Shown here: one piece after another, positions 35,872-45,938 of the stretch
How positions within the stretch are numbered: position 1 is the first letter of the stretch
Layout of the letters: each line of letters starts with the position of its first letter
Assembly (NCBI GenBank): GCA_036001425.1
Contig: DASYUI010000009.1
Coordinates: 72,422-136,421, forward strand
Source: Actinomycetota bacterium
Lineage (GTDB): Bacteria > Actinomycetota > UBA4738 > CALAEC01
Reading direction: 5' to 3'
Length of the DNA: 64,000 nucleotides
Made by a program: the position numbers and the translations under genes
The notes under the pieces: model-generated
Told to the model about the DNA's origin: nothing
The model's database searches: none
What the model saw: only the letters and a program-made list of their open reading frames with translations

Positions 35872-37254
35872 ATGCCGATACTCGACAACTTCCTCGACGC
35901 CATGGGCCACACCCCGCTGGTCCGGCTGGGCCGCGTGACCCGGGGCGTCCGGCCGACCATCCTCGCCAAGCTCGAGATGCTGAACCCGGGCGGCAGCGTG
36001 AAGGACCGGATCGGGCTCCGGATGATCCTGGCGGCCGAGCGCGCCGGGCTCCTCAAGCCCGGCGGGACTATCGTCGAGCCGACGTCGGGGAACACCGGGC
36101 ACGGCCTGGCCATCGCCGCAGCCATCAGGGGATACCGGTGCATCTTCGTGATGCCCGACAAGATGAGCCAGGAGAAGGTGGCCCTCCTTCGTGCGTACGG
36201 CGCGGAGGTGGTCATCACCCCCACCGCGGTGGCACCGGACAATCCGGAGTCGTACTACCGGGTGGCCGACCGGCTCACCGAAGAGATCCCTGGCGCGTTC
36301 CAGCCCAACCAGTACTTCAACCAGGAGAACCCCAGGGCGCACTACGAGACCACGGGACCGGAGATCTGGGAGCAGACCGAGGGCCGGATCGACGTGCTGG
36401 TGGCAGGGGTCGGAACCGGGGGGACCATCACCGGGGTGGGCCGCTACCTGAAGGAGCAGAAGCCCGACCTCCTCGTCGTGGGAGCCGACCCCGAGGGCTC
36501 CGTGTTCTCCGCGCCTGACGAAGAGCCTCGCCCTTACCTCGTGGAGGGGATCGGGGAGGACTTCTGGCCCGAGACGTTCGACCCGAAGGTGGTGGACCGG
36601 TACGTGCGCGTGTCCGACCGGGATTCGTTGCTCACCGCGCGAGCGATCACGCGGGAGGAGGGCATCCTCGTGGGCGGATCCTCCGGCACCGCGCTGTACG
36701 CCGCCCTCGTGGCCGCCAGGGAGCTCGACTCGGACGCTCTGGTGGTGGTGATCTTCCCCGACACCGGTCGGAACTACCTCTCCAAGCTGTACTCGGACAC
36801 GTGGATGCTGCAGTACGGTTTCCTGGAGCGACGGGCCGTGGTCCGGGTCGAGGAAGTGCTCTCGGCCAAGCCCGCCGGTCTCCCACCGATCGTCTCGGTG
36901 AACGCGCACGGGAAGGTTCGTCAGGCCATCGACGTACTCCACGAGTACGGGATCTCCCAGGCCCCCGTGGCCCGGGGCCGGCTCGACGACGTCACGTCGC
37001 TCGTGGGCAGCATCCGCGAGCGAACGCTTCTCGACCGGGTCTTTCGTGACCCCGATGCGCTGCAGGCCGATGTGGCTCAGGTGATGGAAGGGCCACTGCC
37101 CCTGGTGGAGACGGACGACCCCATCGAGGTGGCCTTCGAGCACCTGCAGAATCAGCCGGCCGTCGTGGTGAGCAAGGACGGCCGGGCGCTTGGAGTCCTC
37201 ACCCGGACCGACCTGCTGGAGTTCCTGGCCCACCGGCAACGCGTCGGAGAGTAG
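35872..37254 (+). CDS. Cystathionine beta-synthase (PLP domain + C-terminal tandem CBS domains)
   Basis: The PLP-lysine context is GGSVKDRIG, with the GNTG motif and a C-terminal CBS pair (ISQAPVARGRLDDVTSLVGSIRERTLLD... AVVVSKDGRALGVLTRTDLL). Confidence 0.85.
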   Translation: MPILDNFLDAMGHTPLVRLGRVTRGVRPTILAKLEMLNPGGSVKDRIGLRMILAAERAGLLKPGGTIVEPTSGNTGHGLAIAAAIRGYRCIFVMPDKMSQEKVALLRAYGAEVVITPTAVAPDNPESYYRVADRLTEEIPGAFQPNQYFNQENPRAHYETTGPEIWEQTEGRIDVLVAGVGTGGTITGVGRYLKEQKPDLLVVGADPEGSVFSAPDEEPRPYLVEGIGEDFWPETFDPKVVDRYVRVSDRDSLLTARAITREEGILVGGSSGTALYAALVAARELDSDALVVVIFPDTGRNYLSKLYSDTWMLQYGFLERRAVVRVEEVLSAKPAGLPPIVSVNAHGKVRQAIDVLHEYGISQAPVARGRLDDVTSLVGSIRERTLLDRVFRDPDALQADVAQVMEGPLPLVETDDPIEVAFEHLQNQPAVVVSKDGRALGVLTRTDLLEFLAHRQRVGE

Positions 37255-37285
37255 GTGCGTGCCGGTGCAGGATGACGACGAGGGC

Positions 37286-38410
37286 ATGAGGTTCGAGACT
37301 CGGGCGATCCACGTCGGCCAGGATCCGGAGCCCCTGTACGGCGCGGTGAACGTCCCCATCTTTCAGACGTCCACGTATGCCCAGGATGGCGTGGGCAAGC
37401 CGAAGGCCTACGACTACGCTCGCGGAGGGAACCCCACCCGCGAGGCCCTCCAGAGCGCCCTGGCCTCGCTCGAGGGCGGCACCCGCGCGCTGTGCTTCGC
37501 CTCGGGCATGGCCGCGGAGGCGACGCTGTTGTTGCTGCTCCGTCCGGGGGACCACGTCGTTCTCCCCGACGACGTCTACGGGGGCACGTATCGCCTGCTG
37601 GCGCGGGTCCTCTCCGAGTGGGGGCTCCTATTCGACACCGTTGACATGACTGATCCCGACGCGCTCCGGAAAGCGGTCCGAGGGGAGACCCGGGTGGTGT
37701 GGGTGGAGTCACCGTCGAACCCGCTCCTCAAGGTGGTGGACATCGCCCGAGCTGCGGAGATCGCCCACCAGGCGGATGCCCGGTGCGTGGTGGACAACAC
37801 GTTCGCCACTCCCTACCTTCAGCAGCCACTCGAGCTCGGGGCGGACGTCGTGGTGCACTCGGTGACCAAGTACCTCGGCGGGCACTCCGACCTCGTGGGC
37901 GGGGCGATCGTCGTTCGGGAGGACGAGCTCGCCGAGCGGCTGGCCTTCCTCCACAACTCGGTCGGCGCGGTCCCCGGGCCGATGGACTGCTACCTCGCCC
38001 TCCGGGGGGTGAAGACGCTGGCGGTCCGGATGGACGCCCACTGCCGGGGGGCCCGTCGGGTGGCGGAGTTCCTGGCCGGGCACCCCGGCGTGACGCGGGT
38101 CCATTTCCCCGGCCTGCCGGACCATCCCGGCCACGAGATCGCTGCCCGCCAGATGCGCGACTTCGGAGGGATGGTGTCGTTCGAGATGGGGAGCCCGGAG
38201 GAAGCGATCCGGGTAGCGGAGGCCACTCGGCTGTTCTTCCTGGGAGAATCGCTGGGAGGCGTGGAGTCCCTCATCGAGGTCCCCGGCCCCATGACCCACG
38301 CGAGCGTTGCAGGCTCGCCCCTGGAGGTTCCCGCCACCCTGGTCCGCCTGTCGGTGGGCATCGAGCATCCCGACGACCTCGTGGCCGACCTCGAACAGGC
38401 CCTCGGGTAG
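37286..38410 (+). CDS. Cystathionine gamma-lyase/gamma-synthase family PLP enzyme (trans-sulfuration)
   Basis: Cys/Met-metabolism PLP family: MRFETRAIHVGQ, the SVTKYLGGHSD lysine motif, and FSLAESLGGVESLIE-like LGESLGGVESLIEVP. Its position after the CBS gene points to the reverse trans-sulfuration lyase. Confidence 0.85.
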   Translation: MRFETRAIHVGQDPEPLYGAVNVPIFQTSTYAQDGVGKPKAYDYARGGNPTREALQSALASLEGGTRALCFASGMAAEATLLLLLRPGDHVVLPDDVYGGTYRLLARVLSEWGLLFDTVDMTDPDALRKAVRGETRVVWVESPSNPLLKVVDIARAAEIAHQADARCVVDNTFATPYLQQPLELGADVVVHSVTKYLGGHSDLVGGAIVVREDELAERLAFLHNSVGAVPGPMDCYLALRGVKTLAVRMDAHCRGARRVAEFLAGHPGVTRVHFPGLPDHPGHEIAARQMRDFGGMVSFEMGSPEEAIRVAEATRLFFLGESLGGVESLIEVPGPMTHASVAGSPLEVPATLVRLSVGIEHPDDLVADLEQALG

Positions 38411-38633
38411 GAGCCAGTCGGGGCGGCCTTCGCGGATCCGCTCGCCTCGCTTGCTCCCTCGTCTCTCGGAGGGCGAACGGCTCGTCTCTCCGGGCCCTCG
38501 AGCCTCGCCGTTGCCGCCGCGCCTCGAGCCTCGCTCCCGACGGCTCGCCTCAAGCATCCGCTCCGGCCATCCCCGACCGGGACGTCACCGAGAACGCGGG
38601 TCGGACTCCTGGTCGGCCGGGTATAGTCGGTCC

Positions 38634-40673
38634 ATGCGGGCGTCCCCGACTCTTCGGCCTCGGTTCCTGGCAACACTCGTGGCCCTCGCCGTGGCGGCGA
38701 CGGCGTGCCGGTTGCCGAAGCTGGAGGAGGAGACGAAGCACTCCCGGCCGCTCGAGCAGACCTCCATCGTCTACTCGGCCGATGGCACGCCGATCACCCG
38801 GCTGCACGCCGAGATCGACCGAGTAGTCGTACCGCTCCAGCGGATCCCCAGGGTGGTCCAGGACGCCGTGGTGGCCATCGAGGACGAGCGCTTCTGGTCG
38901 CACCGGGGGATCGACGTCAAGGCCATCCTTCGGGCGGCGTACGTGAACGCCAAGACGGGCCGGATCGCCGAAGGTGGCTCGACCATCACCCAGCAGTACG
39001 TGAAGCAGACCATCGTCGGCGATGCCCGGAGCCTCGAGCGGAAGCTCAAGGAGGCCGCGCTGGCGTGGCAGCTCGAGGAGAAGCTCACGAAAGAGGAGAT
39101 CCTCGAGCGTTACCTGAACACGGTGTACTTCGGGAAGGGCGCGTACGGCATCGAGGCGGCCGCCAAGCGGTTCTTCGCCGTTCCCTCATCCAAGCTGGGA
39201 CTCACCCAGGCGGCCCTCCTGGCCGGGCTCATCAAGAACCCCGACCGGTACGACCCGGTCGACCGTAAGAAGGACGCTCGGGCCCGGCGGGAGGTCGTGC
39301 TGGACAAGATGCTCGAGCTCAGGATGATCGACCGGGAGCAGTTCGCCAAGGCGAGCGAGCAGAAGCTCGGGATCAGATACCGGGAGCGGATCCAGGCGTA
39401 TCCCGCCCCCTACTTCATCGACTACCTGAAGCGCCGCCTCCTTCACGACCGGCGGATCGGCAAGACCCAACGCATGCGATACCGGACCGTGTTCGAAGGC
39501 GGGCTACGCGTCTATTCCACCGTCGACCTCAGGATGCAGCGGGCGGCCGAGCGGGCCATCCAGAACCACCTGCCCTACACCACGGACCCGTACGTGTCGC
39601 TCGTGGCGATCGATCCGCGGAACGGCGAGATCAAGGCCATGGTGGGAGGACGGGACTGGTTCGCCCCGAAGAAGGTGGACCGCTACTCGAAGGTCAACCT
39701 GGCCACCGGCGACGGGGGTACCGGCCGGCAGGCCGGGTCTTCGTTCAAGACCTTCACGCTCGCCGCGGCCGTGGAGAAGGGAATCTCACTGCACTCCGTG
39801 TTCGCTGGTCCATCCCGAGTGCTGATCAAGGACCCGCGGTGCTACGGGCCCGACGGCCCATGGGAACCCGGCAACTACTCGGACTCCGGGTTCGGGACCA
39901 TGGACCTGGTCAGCGCCACGGCCAACTCGGTCAACACGATCTTCGCTCAACTCGTGGCCAAGGTTGGACCTGAGCGCGTCGTCGACGTGGCCCACCGCCT
40001 GGGGATCACCAGCCAGCTGGATGCGGTGTGTGCGATCACGCTCGGCACGGAGGAGGTCACGGCCCTCGAGATGGCTCACGCGTTCTCCTCGTTGGCGTCT
40101 GGCGGGGTGCGGATGCCCCTGACCGCCGTCCGAGTCATCAAGACCACCGACGGACGAGTGGTCTACCGCCACAAGCCCAAGGGCAAGCGAGTGATGGACG
40201 CCAACGACGCCTGGCAGGTCGTCTACGCGCTCCAGAGAGTGGTGACCGGCGGCACCGGAACCGCGGCAGCGTTCGGCCCGCCGGTCTTCGGGAAGACGGG
40301 AACAACCGACGATCACACCGATGCGTGGTTCTGTGGGGGCACCGTGGTGCTCGTCACCTGCGTCCAGGTCGGCTACCCGCAGGGCAAGATCCCCATGGAA
40401 GGACTGCACGGGATCAACGTGACCGGTGGGTCGTTCCCGGCCATGATCTGGCACGACTTCATGGCCGCCGTCCTGGGCGGGCGAACCCTGGCCGGCTTCC
40501 CCACCCCGGTGTTCACCGGAGAGGTCATCCACGCGGCGCCATCGCCGTCGCCCACACCCTCCCCGAAGCCCCCGCCGCGGGAAAAGCCCAAGGAGAAGCC
40601 CAAGCCCAAGCCGAAGCCGTCTCCGGAGCCGTCTCCCGAGCCCACGACGCCTCCACCTCCTCCCGAGGAATAG
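38634..40673 (+). CDS. Class A penicillin-binding protein (transglycosylase + transpeptidase, PBP1A family)
   Basis: GT51 motifs are present (EDERFWSHRGID, GGSTITQQYVK), with the transpeptidase SxxK/SxN/KTG(T) modules. The C-terminal Pro/Lys-rich tail reads PKPPPREKPKEKPKPKPKPSPEPSPEP. The start at 38634 follows a signal/TM segment (FLATLVALAVAATA). Confidence 0.85.
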   Translation: MRASPTLRPRFLATLVALAVAATACRLPKLEEETKHSRPLEQTSIVYSADGTPITRLHAEIDRVVVPLQRIPRVVQDAVVAIEDERFWSHRGIDVKAILRAAYVNAKTGRIAEGGSTITQQYVKQTIVGDARSLERKLKEAALAWQLEEKLTKEEILERYLNTVYFGKGAYGIEAAAKRFFAVPSSKLGLTQAALLAGLIKNPDRYDPVDRKKDARARREVVLDKMLELRMIDREQFAKASEQKLGIRYRERIQAYPAPYFIDYLKRRLLHDRRIGKTQRMRYRTVFEGGLRVYSTVDLRMQRAAERAIQNHLPYTTDPYVSLVAIDPRNGEIKAMVGGRDWFAPKKVDRYSKVNLATGDGGTGRQAGSSFKTFTLAAAVEKGISLHSVFAGPSRVLIKDPRCYGPDGPWEPGNYSDSGFGTMDLVSATANSVNTIFAQLVAKVGPERVVDVAHRLGITSQLDAVCAITLGTEEVTALEMAHAFSSLASGGVRMPLTAVRVIKTTDGRVVYRHKPKGKRVMDANDAWQVVYALQRVVTGGTGTAAAFGPPVFGKTGTTDDHTDAWFCGGTVVLVTCVQVGYPQGKIPMEGLHGINVTGGSFPAMIWHDFMAAVLGGRTLAGFPTPVFTGEVIHAAPSPSPTPSPKPPPREKPKEKPKPKPKPSPEPSPEPTTPPPPPEE

Positions 40674-40866
40674 CGCGCAGGTCGAGTGGACCTCGCCGGA
40701 CCTGGCACTTCCGGGCAACGTTCCGTCCCGTTGGTTGTGATACGCCCGGTTCGCACGCCACCCTCGGCTTGACCCTTCGGCTCTCGCGGCGATAGGAAAG
40801 TCTGGCGACCGGGCGGGCCTACTTCCCCCCGGCGGTGTCGGCTGATCGGACCCGAAGGAGGTCGCC

Positions 40867-43800
40867 GTGCCCAGACGGTTCCGTCTGTCTCTGGCGGTCA
40901 CGTTCGCACTCGTGGGAACGTTGCTGCCTCTATCCCCATCACCGGTTCAGGCAGTCGTTCCGCACGCGAACAAGGCCATCCTCTTCTCGTCCGATGGCAT
41001 GCGACAGGACCTCGCCGAGAAGTACGTCGACGAGGGGGCCATGCCCACCTACGACGACCTGCTCGACCACGGCGTCAAGGCTGCGAGCAACGGCATGCTG
41101 CAGGGCTTCCCCCCGAACACCGGGGTGGGCTGGTCGACGATGGCCACGGGTACCTGGCCTGGAGAGCACGGCTCGACCAACAACACGTTCCATCGGACTG
41201 GCGCGACGTTCACCGGCGGTACCAGCTTCGCCACGACGGGCATCCTTCAGACCGACACCATCGCCCAGGCGGCCGAGCGGGCCGGGAAGAGCGTCGTCGC
41301 GATGGAGTGGGTTGCCGCCCGGGGCTACGTCCCCGCCCTTCAGGGCCCGGTGGTGGACTTCCGGAGCTTCTTCGGCGGCCGCGGCATCGTCCTCAACTTC
41401 GACATCCCCGGCCAGACCGCGAGCAGCTTCGGTGTCCAGTACCAGCAGAGGACGCTCGCGGACGCCACCGGCTGGACTTCCGTTCCGGTCTCTTACAGCC
41501 CCGCGAAGGAGACGTTCTTCACGCATAACGACACGAGGATCCCGGGCGGCGGAGTCTGGGACGTCTACATCTACGACTCCTCGGACGACAGCACGGTCAA
41601 CTACAACCGTGCGCTGGTCGTGAACAGCTCCGCGGGAAAGAACGGGAATGCGGCCGTAGCCACCCTCGCGCAGGGCCAGTGGGCGGACACGAAGGTCACC
41701 TTGGTCTCGGGCCCCCTCGCCGGAAGGACGGGCGGCTTCCTCATGAAGCTGATCGACCTGACGCCCGACCTGAGCAAGTTCCGGCTCTATTTCACCTCTG
41801 TCCAGCGCGCGAACGCTACGTACAACGCGCTGGGCGCGAGCGGCTCGGCGGATTTCGAGGAGACGCTGAACCGTGACTTCCCGAGTTCGACCGCTGCCGA
41901 CTTCGCGCCGCTGGAGGCGGGCATCGTCGACGAGGACACCTACGTGGAACAGGGCCTCAAGTGGAAGGACGCCCACTGGGCATACCTCGAGTACATCATC
42001 AACGATCTCGGGGTGCATCCCGATCTGCTGATGCTTGGCGTCCCAGTCACCGACGAGTTCAGCCACCAGTTCATGGCCCTCGTAACCCCGACAGACATCG
42101 ACGGGAACGCCAACCCTTACTACGACGACCTTACGAACGACAACGTCCCCGACGACCGGATCGACGAGCGCGAGGGCTACATCCGATCGGCGTACCAAGA
42201 GGCCGATGGCACCCTCGACCTCGGTCGTGACCTCATGGGATCGGGCACCGCGGTCTTTGCCGGTGCCGACCACGGCTTCGCCCCGCAATGGTTCGCGGTG
42301 AACGCCAGGCGGGTCCTGTGGGAGAACATGGTGGAGGGCGTGCGGCTTCAGGCGAGTGGCGAGACCGCCACGGGCAACTGCGCCGCCACGACGACCGACG
42401 TGGCGAAGGCGTGTTGGGCCGGTGGCACCGCGCAGATCTACGTCAACCCCACGCTGCCGTCGGGAATCACCTACGAGGAGGTCCGGCAGGCGGTGGTGGC
42501 CGCCTTCTCAGCCCTTACCGACGAAGCCAACCCCGGGGCTCAGGTGGTCGACGAGATCTTCTTGAAGGAGGAGCTTCGGAACGTCGTCGGCACAGACGCG
42601 CTGCACCCCAGCCGGAGCGGTGACGTCGTTGTCGTGACCCGCCCGCCGTACCAGTACGACGCTGCCACACCCGGAGCGAAGATCGCCTTCTCGCAGTTCT
42701 TCGGTCAGCACGGATACCTGCCCAACCTGGTCGACCTGGCGGACAACGTCAACATGCGGGCCTCGTTCATCGCCGCCGGGCCTGGGATCAAGAACGCGGG
42801 CCTGGTGGCCAATATGCGGGCCATCGATATCACCCCCACCATCGCCTTCCTCATGGGCATCCCCGGGCCTCAGAACGCCCGCGGCAAGATCCGCCTGGAC
42901 ATGCTGACCGGAACGGCGAATCTGCGTGAGGTCGACATCCTCGACATCAGCGATTACCACGGCCAGCTGGTACCCCTCAGCGAGCCGGCGGACTTCGTCA
43001 TCGGGTCCAGCCCGCCCGTGGCGGTGGGCCCGAGCTTCGGGATCGGTGGATCCGCCTTCCTGAAACCCTGGTTCGACGCCTACCGCGCGGAGAATCCGGG
43101 GGCGACCCTCACCGTGACCGCCGGCGACGCGGTAGGAGCCACCCCTCCGATCTCCAACTTCTTCGGCGACAAGCCGACCATCGAGCTCATGAACATGATG
43201 GGCTTCACCCTCGACGGGCTCGGCAACCACAACTTCGACCGCGGCCAGGCCTACCTGCGGAACGAACTCATCCCGCTTGCCAACTTCAAGTACGTGTCGG
43301 CGAACGTCGTCCACAAGAAGTCGGGTGACACGCCGGCCGAATGGTCCAAGTCCAGAGTGTTCAACTTCGGGAACTTCAAGCTTGGGGTGATCGGATTCAC
43401 CAACGACGACGCCCCGACGCTGGTCAAGCCCGGATCGTTCGACCCCTTCATCGTCACGAACTCGACGGCCGCGGTGAACAAGCGGGCGTCACAGCTTCGC
43501 AACCAGTCGGACATGGCAGCAGTCGTGGCCATCGGACACCTCGGTGTCACCGAGGGCCCCTCTCTCCGGCCCGAACCGTACTTGGCCACGACGACCACCC
43601 CCACCGCTTCGCCGAGTGGACCGCTGGTCGACCTCGTGGACAACGTCCAGAAGGTGGACGCGGTCATCGGCGACCACACCGATTTCCAGGTAATGGACAC
43701 CCGGAACAACGGCGTGCTCGTCGTCGAGAACCGCAGCAAGGGCATCCGGTTCACTCGAGTGCGGCTCATCGTCGACACGGTGGCCGATGAAGTCGTCTAC

Positions 43801-44655
43801 ATGACCGCCGACTTCCACAAGCCGTGGAACATCGGCAGGACGCCCGACCCGGCGATCCAGGCGAGGATCGACGAGCTGAACGCCGAGCTCGCGCCGATCC
43901 TCAACACCAAGGTCGGCGACTCGACGAAGAGGATCCCGCGGGACGACCAATGTGGGAACGCTGCCGGTCGCACCTGCGAGTCGCTGGTGGGGAACGTCAC
44001 CACTGACGCCATGCGATCGACGTACAGCTCGATCGGCGTCCAGTTCGCCATCACCAACTCGGGTGGCCTTCGGGCCGACCTGACCTGCCCCACGACCGAC
44101 AACCCGAACGACTTCTGCCCGGCGAGCCTGTACCCGATCCCGGACGCGTCCGGGCGGTTCCCGATCACCCGGGGACAGGTGCTCACGGTGCTGCCGTTCG
44201 GAAACGTCGTCGTGACCCTCGACGTGAACGGGGCAGAGTTGAAGACCATGCTCGAGAACGGCGTGTCGCAGATGCCGTCGGCCAACGGGCGGTTCCCCCA
44301 GGTCTCCGGGCTCTGCTTCACGTACGACATCGCGCTGCCCGCCGGGAGCCGCGTCCTCTCGGCAGTGATGGCGAACGCCGACGGCTCGTGCACCATCACG
44401 CCGGTGAGTCTGACGGCCGCGGCGACGTACAAGATCGCCGAGAATGACTTCATGGTGACCGGCGGCGACCTCTATCCGAATTTCTCGAGCCGGGCCACGA
44501 CTCAGAACATCATGGATCAGGTGCTGGCGGAGTACGTCGAGGCCAGCTCGCCGCTCAGTCCCTTCGTAAAGGCGGCCCCGGATGGCAGGATCAACTGCAT
44601 TGACTCCAATGGGGCAGTGGCGCCCAACTGCCCGGCGCTGACGCCGTCGCCGTAA
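40867..44655 (+). CDS. Secreted bifunctional fusion: type I phosphodiesterase/nucleotide pyrophosphatase (NPP, AlkP superfamily) + 5'-nucleotidase/metallophosphatase (UshA-like)
   Basis: Signal peptide, then an NPP catalytic module (ILFSSDGMRQD, VPVTDEFSHQF, GADHGFAPQW). The C-terminal half is a calcineurin-like metallophosphatase (DISDYHGQL, GNHNFDRG) followed by a 5'-nucleotidase C-terminal domain (ITNSGGLRADL). 1262 aa, GTG start with GAAGGAGG upstream. Confidence 0.85.
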   Translation: MPRRFRLSLAVTFALVGTLLPLSPSPVQAVVPHANKAILFSSDGMRQDLAEKYVDEGAMPTYDDLLDHGVKAASNGMLQGFPPNTGVGWSTMATGTWPGEHGSTNNTFHRTGATFTGGTSFATTGILQTDTIAQAAERAGKSVVAMEWVAARGYVPALQGPVVDFRSFFGGRGIVLNFDIPGQTASSFGVQYQQRTLADATGWTSVPVSYSPAKETFFTHNDTRIPGGGVWDVYIYDSSDDSTVNYNRALVVNSSAGKNGNAAVATLAQGQWADTKVTLVSGPLAGRTGGFLMKLIDLTPDLSKFRLYFTSVQRANATYNALGASGSADFEETLNRDFPSSTAADFAPLEAGIVDEDTYVEQGLKWKDAHWAYLEYIINDLGVHPDLLMLGVPVTDEFSHQFMALVTPTDIDGNANPYYDDLTNDNVPDDRIDEREGYIRSAYQEADGTLDLGRDLMGSGTAVFAGADHGFAPQWFAVNARRVLWENMVEGVRLQASGETATGNCAATTTDVAKACWAGGTAQIYVNPTLPSGITYEEVRQAVVAAFSALTDEANPGAQVVDEIFLKEELRNVVGTDALHPSRSGDVVVVTRPPYQYDAATPGAKIAFSQFFGQHGYLPNLVDLADNVNMRASFIAAGPGIKNAGLVANMRAIDITPTIAFLMGIPGPQNARGKIRLDMLTGTANLREVDILDISDYHGQLVPLSEPADFVIGSSPPVAVGPSFGIGGSAFLKPWFDAYRAENPGATLTVTAGDAVGATPPISNFFGDKPTIELMNMMGFTLDGLGNHNFDRGQAYLRNELIPLANFKYVSANVVHKKSGDTPAEWSKSRVFNFGNFKLGVIGFTNDDAPTLVKPGSFDPFIVTNSTAAVNKRASQLRNQSDMAAVVAIGHLGVTEGPSLRPEPYLATTTTPTASPSGPLVDLVDNVQKVDAVIGDHTDFQVMDTRNNGVLVVENRSKGIRFTRVRLIVDTVADEVVYMTADFHKPWNIGRTPDPAIQARIDELNAELAPILNTKVGDSTKRIPRDDQCGNAAGRTCESLVGNVTTDAMRSTYSSIGVQFAITNSGGLRADLTCPTTDNPNDFCPASLYPIPDASGRFPITRGQVLTVLPFGNVVVTLDVNGAELKTMLENGVSQMPSANGRFPQVSGLCFTYDIALPAGSRVLSAVMANADGSCTITPVSLTAAATYKIAENDFMVTGGDLYPNFSSRATTQNIMDQVLAEYVEASSPLSPFVKAAPDGRINCIDSNGAVAPNCPALTPSP

Positions 44656-44711
44656 GAGCGAACGGCATGAGGAGGGGCGGCTTTCGGGCCGCCCCTCCTT
44701 CCTTTTCGACC

Positions 44712-45938
44712 TCAGCGCGGCTCGCCGGTCACCTGGAGGACTTCGCCACTGCGCAGGTCCGTTACGTACAGCTCGCCCTCCTCGTCCTCGCCGAAGGAGC
44801 TGATGGCGTGGTTGGATCGCAGGACGATCACCGGCTCCTGCGGCCCCGGGTCGTTGGGGTCGAGGGCGAAGATCACCCCCGCGCAGAAGTCGGCGAAGAA
44901 GTAGCCGCCCCGAAGCGCGGGGAACTGCGACCCCCGATAGACGTGACCTCCCACCACCGCGCACCCGAGTCCAGTGGGGTACACGGCGACCGGCCGAACC
45001 AATCCCTCGCCGTCGCAGCCCTCCGGAGGAGAAAAGCAGTCGGTGCCTTCCATCACGTTCCAGCCGTAGTTCAGGCCGCCCGGTCGCCCCGCCCGAGCCC
45101 GGTCGATCTCCTCGAGGGCGCCCTGCCCGACGTCACCGATCCAGAGATCTCCAGTCTCCCGGTCGAAGCTGAGCCGCCACGGGTTCCGCAGCCCGTAAGC
45201 CCAGATCTCGGGCCGCGCGCCGGAGCGTCCGAGGAACGGGTTGTCCTCCGGGATCCCATAGGGGCGGCCCCGGTCGACGTCGATCCGTAGCAGCTTGCCG
45301 AGGAGCGTGTCCAGCCGCTGGCCATTGCCCATGGGATCCCCCCCGCTCCCACCGTCTCCCGTGGCGATGTAGAGGAACCCGTCGGGGCCGAATACGAGTG
45401 CCCCACCGTTGTGGTTGGAGAACGGTTGGTCGATACGCAGAAGCACGCGGGCGGACCCGGGCTCCGCGCGGTCCGAACCTCCCGGTGCCCGGTACTCCGC
45501 CACGACGGTGTCGCCGCTGCGATCCGTGTAGTTCACGAAGAACCGGCCGTTCGATTCGAACTGCGGATGGAACGCCAGCCCGAGGAGCCCTTGCTCGCCG
45601 CCGGCGGTGACCAGGGAAGCGATGTCGAGGAAGGGCTGAGGTTCGGTCTCGCCCTCCCCAACGGTCCGGATCCGCCCGACCTGCTCAACGACGAACAACC
45701 GCCCGCTACCGTCTCCCGCGTGCGTGACGAGCAACGGCGCGGTGAACCCAGCGGCCACGGCGCGCAGTCGCAACCGGATGGCTCTCGGGTCGAATCGCTC
45801 TTCCCCCGCGGGCGACAACCTGGTGGCTGCCGGAGACGGACTCGCGGGGCTCCGCTCGGCCACGGGTCCGCTCCCACAGCCGGTCAGAACGAGCAGGGCC
45901 GCCGGAAGAGCGGTGGCCCAACGCCAGACCCCCCTCAC
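44712..45938 (-). CDS. PQQ-dependent sugar dehydrogenase (sorbosone/glucose dehydrogenase family) lipoprotein
   Basis: Lipobox (ALPAALLVLTGC), then the GSDH beta-propeller motifs (SNHNGGALVFGPDGFLYIATGDGG, GLRNPWRLSFD, NYGWN). Its GTG start overlaps the stop of the upstream 49-aa ORF. Confidence 0.8.
   Translation of the reverse strand: MRGVWRWATALPAALLVLTGCGSGPVAERSPASPSPAATRLSPAGEERFDPRAIRLRLRAVAAGFTAPLLVTHAGDGSGRLFVVEQVGRIRTVGEGETEPQPFLDIASLVTAGGEQGLLGLAFHPQFESNGRFFVNYTDRSGDTVVAEYRAPGGSDRAEPGSARVLLRIDQPFSNHNGGALVFGPDGFLYIATGDGGSGGDPMGNGQRLDTLLGKLLRIDVDRGRPYGIPEDNPFLGRSGARPEIWAYGLRNPWRLSFDRETGDLWIGDVGQGALEEIDRARAGRPGGLNYGWNVMEGTDCFSPPEGCDGEGLVRPVAVYPTGLGCAVVGGHVYRGSQFPALRGGYFFADFCAGVIFALDPNDPGPQEPVIVLRSNHAISSFGEDEEGELYVTDLRSGEVLQVTGEPR

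Noticed and set aside
35833-37359. 508-aa minus-strand ORF antisense to cystathionine beta-synthase
   Set aside because: There are no motifs, while the opposite strand has complete PLP and CBS-domain signatures.
38307-38633. N-terminal extension of the PBP ORF-track entry
   Set aside because: It reads through a repetitive GC-rich leader (Pro/Arg/Ser-rich). A proper signal/TM segment and start occur at 38634.
40939-44964. Several 400-500-aa minus-strand ORFs inside the NPP-nucleotidase gene
   Set aside because: They are antisense to a gene with continuous, well-defined catalytic motifs, and their composition is typical of GC-bias ORFs.
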